DNA from: Oscillospiraceae bacterium | Lineage (GTDB): Bacteria; Bacillota; Clostridia; Oscillospirales; Ruminococcaceae | NCBI GenBank assembly: GCA_022508925.1 | Contig: JAFLUF010000001.1 | Location: 4,510-68,509, forward strand | Length of the DNA stretch: 64,000 nucleotides | Direction of reading: 5' to 3' | Part shown: positions 18,865-28,005 of the stretch, one piece after another | Position numbering within the stretch: the stretch's first letter is position 1 | Layout of the letters: each line of letters begins with the position of its first letter | Program-made: the position numbers and the translations under genes | The notes under the pieces: model-generated | Databases searched by the model: none | Seen by the model: the letters and a program-made list of their open reading frames with translations, nothing else | What the model was told of the DNA's origin: nothing

Positions 18865-20654
18865 TGACCAAAGCGGAAATTGACATAGCGGAAAAAGATT
18901 ATTTCCGCGGAAATTTAGGCGCGGTATATTCGCCGGAGAAAACGCTGTTCAGGCTCTGGCAGCCGTTTGCCGAAAAGGCTTTTCTGCGGCTTTACGACGC
19001 GGAAAACACCCTTGTTTCTTCCTTAGAAATGAAGAGGAATAAAAGCGTTTTCGAGCTTGAGGTCTCGGGTGATTTGGATGGGATTCAATACGGCTTCGCG
19101 GTGTTGGAAAACGGCGAACTGCGCGAGTTTGCCGATTGCTATTCCCGCCTCGTTGACAAAACCGCAAAGCGGGGAATTATCGTCGATATGCGGAAAAACG
19201 CGCCCGACGGCTGGGAGAGCGACAAGCCGATAAATGCTGATGACCCTGTTATATATGAGCTTTCCGTGCGCGATTTTTCCATGGATGAAAGCGCGGATTT
19301 TAAAAACCGCGGAAAATTTTCGGCGTTCTGCGAGAAAAACGTAAAGAATAAATACGGCGGTCTGTGCGGACTTGAATATATCAAATCCCTTGGCGTTACG
19401 CATATTCAGCTTATGCCGATATTCGATTTCGACAGCGATAAAAGTGAGTACAACTGGGGCTATAATCCTCGGTTTTATAACGCGCCGAGCGGATATTATT
19501 CGCGGAACAACCCAATTCTTGAACTGCGCGAGCTGGTTCTCAGCGCCCATAGAGCGGGGCTTGGGGTTATAGCCGACGTTGTTTACAATCACGTTTACGA
19601 CGCGGAAAGCTCCTCGTTTGAAAAGCAGCTTCCCGGATATTTCTTCCGCGGCGATAAAGAGTTTTCCAACGGCTCGGGCTGTGGAAACGAGTTTGCGAGC
19701 GAGCGTATCATGGCGCGGAAATTCATTGTGGACAGTGTTGAATTTCTGGCTCGTGAGTATCATTTAGACGGCTTTCGTTTCGATTTGATGGGACTGCTTG
19801 ATATTAAGACTATGCGGCAGATAGAGAGTAGCCTGAAAAAAATAAACCCCTCGATATTGCTTTACGGCGAGGGGTGGACAGGCGGTTTAAGTCCTCTTTC
19901 AGAGCGGCTTCGCGCTGTTCAGAACAACGCGCGACTTCTTTCGGGCTTTGCGTTTTTCAACGACAGCTTTCGCGACGCCGTACGCGGAAGTGTTTTTGAT
20001 GTAAACGACCGCGGCTTTATAAGCGGAGATACTCAAAAATCACAGCCTGTCCTGCGGGCGATTTCGGGGAATTATCCCAAGACCTTCTGGACGGAAAACC
20101 CCGCGCAGACGGTAAATTATGTCGAATGCCACGACAACCACACTCTGTTTGACAGGCTGAATATCGCGTTTAACGGCACGGACTCGCAGGAAATAACGCG
20201 CGCGGAAAAAATGGCGGCGGCGCTGTTAATGCTTTCATCGGGAATTGTGTTTTTACACGCGGGTCAGGAGTTTATGCGAACCAAAAACGGCAGCTCCAAC
20301 AGCTATAATCTTCCCGACAGCGTAAACTCAATAAAGTGGGATATGCTTTACGAAAACCGGGAGCTTGTCGAATATTACCGTGGGCTTATCGCGTTTCGTA
20401 AACGATTTATAAATGATATTCGCGGCGGCGAGATTTTGGAAATAAGCGGCGGAGCTGTAATAAAAAGCGAACGCTTTGTAATAATAATTAATCCCGCAAA
20501 CGAAACTATAACGCTGAATTTTGACGACGAATACGAGGTTTTCATTGATGATAATTCCGCATCTGACAGTCCGCTTTATACTTCAAAACGGCTTTGCTGC
20601 GAGAGATTCAGCGTATTAACGGCGAGGTGTAAAACCGGTGAAAAAGGAAATTGA
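18861..20654 (+). CDS. pulA: Type I pullulanase (GH13)
   Basis: YNWGYNP, DVVYNH, DGFRFDLMG, YGEGW, YVECHDN; no signal peptide. Confidence 0.9.
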   Translation: MMTKAEIDIAEKDYFRGNLGAVYSPEKTLFRLWQPFAEKAFLRLYDAENTLVSSLEMKRNKSVFELEVSGDLDGIQYGFAVLENGELREFADCYSRLVDKTAKRGIIVDMRKNAPDGWESDKPINADDPVIYELSVRDFSMDESADFKNRGKFSAFCEKNVKNKYGGLCGLEYIKSLGVTHIQLMPIFDFDSDKSEYNWGYNPRFYNAPSGYYSRNNPILELRELVLSAHRAGLGVIADVVYNHVYDAESSSFEKQLPGYFFRGDKEFSNGSGCGNEFASERIMARKFIVDSVEFLAREYHLDGFRFDLMGLLDIKTMRQIESSLKKINPSILLYGEGWTGGLSPLSERLRAVQNNARLLSGFAFFNDSFRDAVRGSVFDVNDRGFISGDTQKSQPVLRAISGNYPKTFWTENPAQTVNYVECHDNHTLFDRLNIAFNGTDSQEITRAEKMAAALLMLSSGIVFLHAGQEFMRTKNGSSNSYNLPDSVNSIKWDMLYENRELVEYYRGLIAFRKRFINDIRGGEILEISGGAVIKSERFVIIINPANETITLNFDDEYEVFIDDNSASDSPLYTSKRLCCERFSVLTARCKTGEKGN

Positions 20655-22410
20655 ACAGCTAAGGGAAATTATGCGCCGCGAAAAGGTATACGCGGTTATT
20701 ATACCGACAAGCGATTTTCACGGCTCGGAATATGTCGGCGAATATTTCAAACTGCGCGAGTATCTCAGCGGCTTTACGGGCTCGGCGGGCACGCTTGTAG
20801 TAACGCTCGGTGAGGCGGCGCTATGGACGGACAGCCGCTATTTTTTGCAGGCGGAGCGCGAGCTTTCGGGCAGCGGAATTGAACTTATGAAAATGGGCGA
20901 AAGCTCAACGCCGAAAATCGAAAAGTTTCTGCTCGAAAAAATGCCCGAAAACTCCACGCTCGGCTTTGACGGAAGAACGCTCTCGTGCGAGTTTGCGAAG
21001 CGTCTTAGTAAAACGCTTTCCGAAAAAAATATCTCTGTTTCTTCGGAAACGGATTATGCGGAGCTTGTCTGGAAAGACCGGCCGCCGCTTTCGGCAGAGC
21101 CTGTTTTCGAGCTTCCAGAGCAGATTTGCGGCGTTTCCCGCGCTGAAAAGCTTTCACGGATACGCGAAAAAATGAAAGCTGAACACGCGGATTGTCTTGT
21201 AATTTCAGCGCTTGATGAAATCGCGTGGACGCTTAATCTTCGCGGAAACGACATAGAATTTTGCCCGCTGTTTTTAGGCTTTATGATGATCTTCAGCGGC
21301 GGCAGTCAGACGAAATTGTTTGCTGATAAAGAAATTTTCAGCGATGAAATTATTGAAAAGTTGAAAGCGGACGGCGTTGAAATTTACGGCTACGGTGAGG
21401 TTTACAGTGCGCTGGGAGACCTTTCCTGCAATGTCTGGGCAGATCCGAAGGCTGTTAACCACCGCTTTCTGATGTCGCTTGAAGACGCTAAAATTATTGA
21501 GAAAACAAGCCCCGTCGAGATGATGAAGGCGGTGAAAAATCCGACCGAGATCAGCTGCGAGAAAAACGCGCATCTTAAAGACGGAGTTGCCGTAACGCGC
21601 TTTATGAAGTGGCTTAAAACGTCGGTTTCAAGCGAAAAAATAACCGAGCTTTCCGCAGCCGAAAAGCTCGAAGGATTCAGAAAACTCGGTGAAAATTATC
21701 TCGGACAGAGCTTTTCGCCTATCATGGCTTACGGCGCGCACGGAGCGATAGTGCACTATTCCGCCTCGGAAGAAACAAACGCCGTTATAGAGCCGCGCGG
21801 AATGCTGCTTTCCGACACGGGCGGGCACTATCTTGACGGAACGACCGATATTACGCGCACTATCGTTCTCGGAGATATCTCCCAGGAAGAAAAACGCGCG
21901 TTTACGCTTGTTCTGGCGGGACATTTAAACCTGCTTGCGGCAAGATTTCCCGAGGGAACGCGCGGAAGCGCACTTGATTATGCCGCGCGCGAGCCGCTGT
22001 GGCAAAACGGTCTTGATTTCGGGCATGGTACGGGACATGGCGTCGGTTTTCTGCTGAATGTTCACGAAGGACCCCAGCGCATAAGCTTTCGCGCGCAGAA
22101 TGACGCGCCGATGCAGGCAGGGATGATAACCTCCGACGAGCCGGGGATTTATATAGCGGGGAAGTACGGTATCCGTCACGAAAGCCTTTTGCTTTGTGAA
22201 AAGGACGAAAATGATGAAAACAAGGGCTTTCTTCGTTTCAGTCCGCTTACGCTTGTTCCGTTTGACCGCGACGGGATCAATAAAAGATATCTTAGTGAGC
22301 GTCAGGTCGGGCTGCTTAACGATTATCACAGGCTTGTATTTGAAAAGCTTTCGCCGCTGCTTGGTGAGGAAGAAAAAAAGTGGCTGGAAAAAGCCACGGA
22401 GCCGATATGA
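20638..22410 (+). CDS. Xaa-Pro aminopeptidase (M24, aminopeptidase P)
   Basis: SGFTGSAG, WTDSRYFLQA, DGTTDITRT, HGTGHGVG, VHEGP, SDEPG, IRHE. Confidence 0.94.
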   Translation: MKKEIEQLREIMRREKVYAVIIPTSDFHGSEYVGEYFKLREYLSGFTGSAGTLVVTLGEAALWTDSRYFLQAERELSGSGIELMKMGESSTPKIEKFLLEKMPENSTLGFDGRTLSCEFAKRLSKTLSEKNISVSSETDYAELVWKDRPPLSAEPVFELPEQICGVSRAEKLSRIREKMKAEHADCLVISALDEIAWTLNLRGNDIEFCPLFLGFMMIFSGGSQTKLFADKEIFSDEIIEKLKADGVEIYGYGEVYSALGDLSCNVWADPKAVNHRFLMSLEDAKIIEKTSPVEMMKAVKNPTEISCEKNAHLKDGVAVTRFMKWLKTSVSSEKITELSAAEKLEGFRKLGENYLGQSFSPIMAYGAHGAIVHYSASEETNAVIEPRGMLLSDTGGHYLDGTTDITRTIVLGDISQEEKRAFTLVLAGHLNLLAARFPEGTRGSALDYAAREPLWQNGLDFGHGTGHGVGFLLNVHEGPQRISFRAQNDAPMQAGMITSDEPGIYIAGKYGIRHESLLLCEKDENDENKGFLRFSPLTLVPFDRDGINKRYLSERQVGLLNDYHRLVFEKLSPLLGEEEKKWLEKATEPI

Positions 22411-22415
22411 AAAAA

Positions 22416-22518
22416 AAGTTATAGGCAAACGCACAAAAAGTCTTTGAAAGGGAGTCTGAGGGCGCGTTATGCGCCTTTGGCGCATAACGCTAACTTTCTA
22501 CAGAAAGTTTCCCCTCAG
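22416..22518. repeat. REP-like palindromic element, copy 2, with inserted hairpin
   Basis: Shares AAGTTATA, ACAAAAAGTCTTTGAAA and AACTTTCTACAGAAAGTTT with 5511-5588; extra perfect palindrome GCGTTATGCGCC-TTT-GGCGCATAACGC at 22464-22490. Confidence 0.8.
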
Positions 22519-22522
22519 TTAA

Positions 22523-23686
22523 TTATGCTTTCATTTTTGCTTTGTATTCCGCCTTAATCTGTTCAAGTGCTACCGCGTCCGCCTTGCGCTTTTCGCGTGC
22601 CTGATCCTGAATTGCCTGAACCTCGTCGATTCCGTTTACGATAGTCTCCCATGTCTTCTGGAGAGTTTCTACCTGGATGGAGGAGGTTGCGGACATGGAG
22701 GCAATCATCTTGGACTGCTCAACGGTGTTCTGAGCGTTTTTAAGGAGCATTTCGTTGGTTTTCTCGTCGAGCGCCGCGAGGCTTTCAGCCTGTATCTTCT
22801 GCCTTTTCAGCATGATAGCCTGCGCGAGAGCCTGTTTAAAGATAGGCATGGTGATAATGAACGCGGAGTTTATCTTGCGGACGAGGTTGAGGTTGGAGTA
22901 TTCCATTGTCTTAAGCATAGGAACAGATTGGAGCGCAACGTTCTCCGCGATTTTCAAGTCCATGACTCTCTGGTCGAGGATCTCGCGCATCTGCTGGAGG
23001 TTTGACAGATCCATGCGGATAGTTCCGTCATCGGGATTTTCCGCAACCTTTTTCTGATAGTCAGCGATAAACGCGTCAAGCTCCTTTACGCCCTGTTCGC
23101 CCGCCATGATATACTTAACCAACTGCTGATAGTAGCCGATATTAGCGTCGTACATTGCGTCAAGCTTGGTGTTTGCCTGCTGTATTTCATTTTCGTACTG
23201 CTTGAGCTGAACGTAGATTTTGTCGATCTCCTTGCCCATTGTGTCATATTTGCTGAGGATCTTTTCGATCTTCTTCTTGAGATTTCCGAAAAACCCGGGC
23301 TTATCGTCCTGAATTTCCTTTATATCAAACTGATCCATAATTGCCGCTAAGTTTTTCAGCATAACGCCCGTATCGTTTATCTGCGAGATGCTCATGGAAT
23401 TAAGCACCTGGTCGGACGCCTTGGAAATTTCGTCAGCCGCCTCAGCTCCGAACTTTACGATAGTGTTGCTGTCGTTTACGTTAATGGTGGAAACGAGCTT
23501 GTCTATTTCGTCGCTTGTGGCGAGCTGCTGTTTGATCTCGTCGGTCTTTACAACGATGTTAAAGTTTTTTACCTCCTCGATCTTTGCTTCGAGTGCCGCG
23601 TCTGATACGGCGGTAACAGTCGCTGTTGTTGCAACCTCCGTCTGAGGCTGTGCCTGTGCCGAACCCGGAGTAAACTGAAGTCCCAT
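22523..23686 (-). CDS. Toxic anion resistance protein (TelA/YceH/YaaN family)
   Basis: IVKFGAEAA, KYDTMGKEIDKI, LVRKINSAFIITMPIFKQ, TNEMLLKNA coiled-coil pattern; ter-operon context; start MGLQF at 23686. Confidence 0.9.
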   Translation of the reverse strand: MGLQFTPGSAQAQPQTEVATTATVTAVSDAALEAKIEEVKNFNIVVKTDEIKQQLATSDEIDKLVSTINVNDSNTIVKFGAEAADEISKASDQVLNSMSISQINDTGVMLKNLAAIMDQFDIKEIQDDKPGFFGNLKKKIEKILSKYDTMGKEIDKIYVQLKQYENEIQQANTKLDAMYDANIGYYQQLVKYIMAGEQGVKELDAFIADYQKKVAENPDDGTIRMDLSNLQQMREILDQRVMDLKIAENVALQSVPMLKTMEYSNLNLVRKINSAFIITMPIFKQALAQAIMLKRQKIQAESLAALDEKTNEMLLKNAQNTVEQSKMIASMSATSSIQVETLQKTWETIVNGIDEVQAIQDQAREKRKADAVALEQIKAEYKAKMKA

Positions 23687-23751
23687 AATCTTTTTCCTTT
23701 CAATTTTCAATCAGAGCTTGTTGCATTATCCGAAAAGGCTTGCAGGCAAGC

Positions 23752-25926
23752 TCAGTGTTTTCCAAACAGCTTTCCGAAAAAACCGCTGCTTTTTTCCTCG
23801 GAGGGTATTTTGAATTTCGGAACCTCCGTTGTGTACAAAAATTGGTTCATTATATGCTCCTCGAAGGCGTCGTTTCTAACGTAGGTCTCGAGGTTTTTAT
23901 AGCCCGAAGGCGTATATACCAGCACGTCAAAGCCGATAAGATTGCAAAGTACGATCTGTATGCATTCTTCAAGCGTAAACGTGTCCTCAATAGCGTCAAT
24001 GTATATAAGCTTGGGTATTTTCTTTGTAAAGTCAAACCGCTGGATTATCTGTGAAAATTCCTTGCTTAAATTCATTCCGAAGTGCAATACCGAGCACATA
24101 AGCTCGTCTCCCTCAAGCCTCAGAAATCTGCTCGAGCAGGTCTCCTGAAGCTTATAGAACAGCATGTCCTGTATCCTGTCGGGAAGATAGCTGTACTTGT
24201 TGAGGGTGCTGTTTTTCAGCTTTTCCGCGTCTATCTCGCCGTTTCTGTAAAACTGCCTGTAGGCGGACAGATCCGTCGCGGTATTGTTGTTATTGTTCGG
24301 CTTTTTTACAACGAGAATTGTTTCGGGCGTAAGCTTGTCACGTACGTCGTCCCAGTATCTTCCAGTGTCTCCGTCCTGAACGCCGCTTATCTTGGCGAAA
24401 ATATTCGGCACCGAAACAAGATTTCCCGCCGTTGAAAATCCCGGTCTGAAGCGCGCCTCCTGCTTCCAGAGAATAGCTATTTCCTCAAAGGTGGTCTTAA
24501 GCGTAACGCTCTGGCTGTTCGGAAACTGAAAGCTTCTGTATATTCCCGTGTCTCCGCCGTAGAGCATCGTGTCGAGATCGCGTTCGGCGTTGTACGCGAC
24601 TGTCGAGACCTTCATCTTTACCGCTTTTTTCGGAAATTCTCCGCTTTCTTTGCTCTGAGAGAGCGCAAATATCTGAATTCTTCCGCCGACGTTTTTGTCG
24701 ACCGCCGTCTGTTGGTTGCTTAGATCGGGCGAAATATAAATAACGTCAAATCCGCACATGGACATGAATATCAGAAAATAAACTTCCGACTGCGAGATAT
24801 CGCCGTAGTACAGCACCACCGGGATATCCTCGTAAACCACCGAGTATTTTCTCGCCTGTGTACAGCGGTAAAGCCACGTTACAAGCTTCATCGCGTAGTT
24901 AAACACGACCGTCTGGTTTGCCGTGGTCATTTCCGAAAGCAGGTCCTTGAGCGCTTTTCTCGCGAGGGCGGTTCGGGTCTTATCGCCCGGGAGATTTATC
25001 TGCATAGCCATGGCGTCTATCATCTCCGAGGTGCTGGCTCTTGTAACCGAGCCGAGCGCCTTTACCTCGTCGGCATTCGGATTTGATAAAGGCTTTTCAA
25101 TAAAAATAAGCTGTTTTTTCAGCCCCGCAAAGCTCTCCTTAAACTTTACGAGCATATTTGTATAAACGTCGTCGTTGTCATACCCGAGCAGCGCCGCGCA
25201 GTATACGGGAATATCCCCGTCCTCGGTATAAACGCCGCCGCCCTTTATCACGCGGGTTCTGCGCTCGACAAGTATATCCTCGAAAACTCCCGCCGCTGTG
25301 GTGGACAGCTTTTTTACAAGCCCCTCCACGCGTTCTCCCTCCGCTCTCATCTGCGCGAGAGCCGCCTCCTTGGAAAGGTCGATCTTGCTGAAGTCTATCT
25401 GAAGGGGAGAGTTGTGCTGTCCGCTTTTTACGGTTATTCTGTCCTTGAATTTAAGCTTTACATATTCCGTATCAAGCCCGTAGCTTACGAGAGTGACTTT
25501 AACGCCCGCCGCGCTCATCATAAGCAGAAGGTACAGCTCTTTGAGAGAAGCGCTTCCGATGTAAAACAGCGTCTGCGGTCTTGCTCCGAGATATTTCATA
25601 AGCCAGCAGAAAAACACAAAATAGTTGTTTTTCCTGTTTGCGCCGCATTCTTCAACAGCCGCCGCCATGACCTCCGCCACAGCCGCGCTGTCGCACGGGA
25701 TATTCGCATCATGAAGCCACATATCTATGCTTTTCTTTATGTCGTCCGCGTTGTCAAAGCTTGCCGCGGTATAAGCCGAGGCCTTTGTAATCTCGTCCAT
25801 TGAAGCCGTCGGCAGCTTTTCTTTAAAGAACAGCCCGTTTTTCTGCGAAGCCGAAAACAATTCGATCAGGAGACCCCGAAAGCTGTCGGGATTGTCATAT
25901 CCCACATATCTCGTAAATTCCTGCAT
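23752..25926 (-). CDS. YceG-family ter-operon protein
   Basis: VLYYGDISQSEVYFL, STVAYNAERDLD, TLKTTFEEI, EARFRPGF, VPNIFAKISGV, FDFTKKIPKL, IGFDVLVYTPSGY; upstream of TelA as in yceG-yceH. Confidence 0.85.
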   Translation of the reverse strand: MQEFTRYVGYDNPDSFRGLLIELFSASQKNGLFFKEKLPTASMDEITKASAYTAASFDNADDIKKSIDMWLHDANIPCDSAAVAEVMAAAVEECGANRKNNYFVFFCWLMKYLGARPQTLFYIGSASLKELYLLLMMSAAGVKVTLVSYGLDTEYVKLKFKDRITVKSGQHNSPLQIDFSKIDLSKEAALAQMRAEGERVEGLVKKLSTTAAGVFEDILVERRTRVIKGGGVYTEDGDIPVYCAALLGYDNDDVYTNMLVKFKESFAGLKKQLIFIEKPLSNPNADEVKALGSVTRASTSEMIDAMAMQINLPGDKTRTALARKALKDLLSEMTTANQTVVFNYAMKLVTWLYRCTQARKYSVVYEDIPVVLYYGDISQSEVYFLIFMSMCGFDVIYISPDLSNQQTAVDKNVGGRIQIFALSQSKESGEFPKKAVKMKVSTVAYNAERDLDTMLYGGDTGIYRSFQFPNSQSVTLKTTFEEIAILWKQEARFRPGFSTAGNLVSVPNIFAKISGVQDGDTGRYWDDVRDKLTPETILVVKKPNNNNNTATDLSAYRQFYRNGEIDAEKLKNSTLNKYSYLPDRIQDMLFYKLQETCSSRFLRLEGDELMCSVLHFGMNLSKEFSQIIQRFDFTKKIPKLIYIDAIEDTFTLEECIQIVLCNLIGFDVLVYTPSGYKNLETYVRNDAFEEHIMNQFLYTTEVPKFKIPSEEKSSGFFGKLFGKH

Positions 25927-25974
25927 TTCAAACGACCATCCTTTAGCACTTAATTAAATCTATTGAAACCCGCC

Positions 25975-26094
25975 TTAAGACTGTTGAGAAGCCCTCAGAT
26001 GCAAGCGAACGGAGTTTGCTTTGCAAACCCCTGCTGTACTGCGGCAAGGCTTTGTGCTCTGACAAAGCAGATGAGGGTTTATCAACAGTCTGAA
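25975..26094. mobile_element. MITE-like element of ~120 bp with terminal inverted repeats
   Basis: TTAAGACTGTTGAGAAGCCCTC ... GAGGGTTTATCAACAGTCTGAA with two internal hairpins; no transposase. Confidence 0.6.
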
Positions 26095-26095
26095 A

Positions 26096-27343
26096 TCATT
26101 CTTCAACCTCGATACCGCATGACTCGCACAGTCTTGCCATGCCGTCGCGATAACCGGCTCCTATGGCGGAGATCTTCCATTCGCCTTTGTAGACGTAAAA
26201 TTCAAAAGAAACCGCCGTCGTGACGTCCGAAAGCTCATTCATAACGAACGAAACGCGCTCGCGGTCTGTCCATAAACTCACACGCGGATTTTTCACCATT
26301 GAAAAGTTCATTGCTTCTCCGCCCGCGTAGATCGAATAAGCAAGCGTGATCTTCTTTACCCGATAGTCGATTTTCGCGAGGTCTATCTCGACGTGACCGT
26401 CCTTTTGGGAGTAAACCGCCTCTCCGTTTTCCGAGCGCTCGTTTCCGAAAAAGACCAGACTGCTGTCAGCCAGCGCTTTGCCATTTTCATCAAGGAGAAA
26501 AATATACGGGTCTATATCCATCTCTCGCGGCATTTCCTTACAGCTGAAGAAAACCGTAAATTTAGTACCTAAGTATTTCGTCAGCGGAACTCTCATTCCG
26601 CGCGTAAGCACGAGCGCCTCGAGCGACAGATCGGCCTTGTCCGACATTGAAACAACGTCGCTTTTCACTTCCGATTCAGCCTTCGGAAGAACCCCCGCGT
26701 TTTTCATTGTGGAATAATCCCTCTCGGGAGCCTCATAAACACGCTTGTTTACCGCCCTTTCGGCAATTACGGACGGCTTTCCGAAAAGGTAGATTCTCCG
26801 GATAAATCCGGTTTTGAACAAAACCTCGGTGTACAGATAGGTCTGCGCCGAAATGCCGCTTACCTTTACGGTTATCTCGTTTCTGCCGCGCGAGAGCGTC
26901 CTCGGCTCGAAGACCACGTTCCGCATATCGCACTGTATCTCGGTCTTATCGGGAACATTCACCGTCATTTTAAACGAGTTTTCCTCTTCGGGGAGGAATT
27001 CTCCAAGCTGAATTGTTCTCGGAACGTCGAAAAAGCCGTCCTCTTTGCCAAAGCCCGAAACCGCGCCCAATATCTCGACATTCTTAACATCGCACGGAAA
27101 TTCCGTCCGTATGACCGCGTCCTCGGGGCTTGACTCGGTAAGCTCCGCCCTGATGTTTACAAGCTTTACTCCCGCCGATCTTATCTCCAGCGCGGGAGAT
27201 TTTTTCGCCCATATCGTGGTTGTAGCGCCGATTATTTTAAGCGGCTTTGATATAACGAAAGGACCCTCAAACTCGCCCGCGGGCAGTGTTATTTCCGTAT
27301 TGGGGCGCGCTCGGTCGATTATCAGGTTCAAATTATCGTCCAA
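26096..27343 (-). CDS. Multidomain protein: N-terminal beta-helix-like region plus C-terminal degenerate TerD domain
   Basis: ITLPAGEFEGPFVISKPLKIIG N-terminus; C-terminal LTRGMRVPL...DIDPYIFLL...LVFFGN...EFYVYKGEWKISAIGAGYRDGMARLCESCG. Confidence 0.82.
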   Translation of the reverse strand: MDDNLNLIIDRARPNTEITLPAGEFEGPFVISKPLKIIGATTTIWAKKSPALEIRSAGVKLVNIRAELTESSPEDAVIRTEFPCDVKNVEILGAVSGFGKEDGFFDVPRTIQLGEFLPEEENSFKMTVNVPDKTEIQCDMRNVVFEPRTLSRGRNEITVKVSGISAQTYLYTEVLFKTGFIRRIYLFGKPSVIAERAVNKRVYEAPERDYSTMKNAGVLPKAESEVKSDVVSMSDKADLSLEALVLTRGMRVPLTKYLGTKFTVFFSCKEMPREMDIDPYIFLLDENGKALADSSLVFFGNERSENGEAVYSQKDGHVEIDLAKIDYRVKKITLAYSIYAGGEAMNFSMVKNPRVSLWTDRERVSFVMNELSDVTTAVSFEFYVYKGEWKISAIGAGYRDGMARLCESCGIEVEE

Positions 27344-27391
27344 AGCGCCACCCCCGATTAGTTGTTAGTTTTTAGAGATTAGTGATACGAA

Positions 27392-27976
27392 TTATACGTT
27401 TACGCCGTAGCTTTTGCAAAGCGCTTCGAGGCCGCCCTGATATCCCGCGGCAACCGCGTTGAACTTCCAGTCGCCGTTGTAGCGGTATATCTCGCATACA
27501 ACAAGCGCCGTTTCGATCGAAAATTCCTCTACGAGGTCAAAGCGCAGGACCTCTTCGCCGTTTACATCGTCGGCGTTGTCTATCTTAAGAACACGAACAT
27601 AAGAGTTTGAGACCTGACCGAAGTTCTGATTTCTCTGCGGAGCCTCAAAAATAGTAACAGTTACCGCGATTTTTTCTATCTCAGCGGGTATCTTGGAAAA
27701 ATCTATGATGATAGCCTCGTCGTCTCCGTCGCCGTCTCCCGTGCGGTTGTCGCCGGTGTGAACCACAGCTCCGTTTCTTCCGTTCAGGTTGTTGTAGAAT
27801 ACGAAATCTTCGTCCTTAAGCACCTTTCCGTTTGCTCCGAGCAGGAAAACGCAGGCGTCAAGGTCGAAATCCTGTCCGCCGTCATAGCGGTTTGTGTCCC
27901 AGCCCAAGCCTATTCTTGCCATTGTAACGGATTTGTCAAGAGATACTCTCTGACCCTTTGAAAGATTAACAGCCAT
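27392..27976 (-). CDS. terD: TerD family protein
   Basis: [55 protein letters not shown]. Confidence 0.96.
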   Translation of the reverse strand: MAVNLSKGQRVSLDKSVTMARIGLGWDTNRYDGGQDFDLDACVFLLGANGKVLKDEDFVFYNNLNGRNGAVVHTGDNRTGDGDGDDEAIIIDFSKIPAEIEKIAVTVTIFEAPQRNQNFGQVSNSYVRVLKIDNADDVNGEEVLRFDLVEEFSIETALVVCEIYRYNGDWKFNAVAAGYQGGLEALCKSYGVNV

Positions 27977-28005
27977 AATGATTAAACCTCCTTAAAATTC
28001 GTTGT

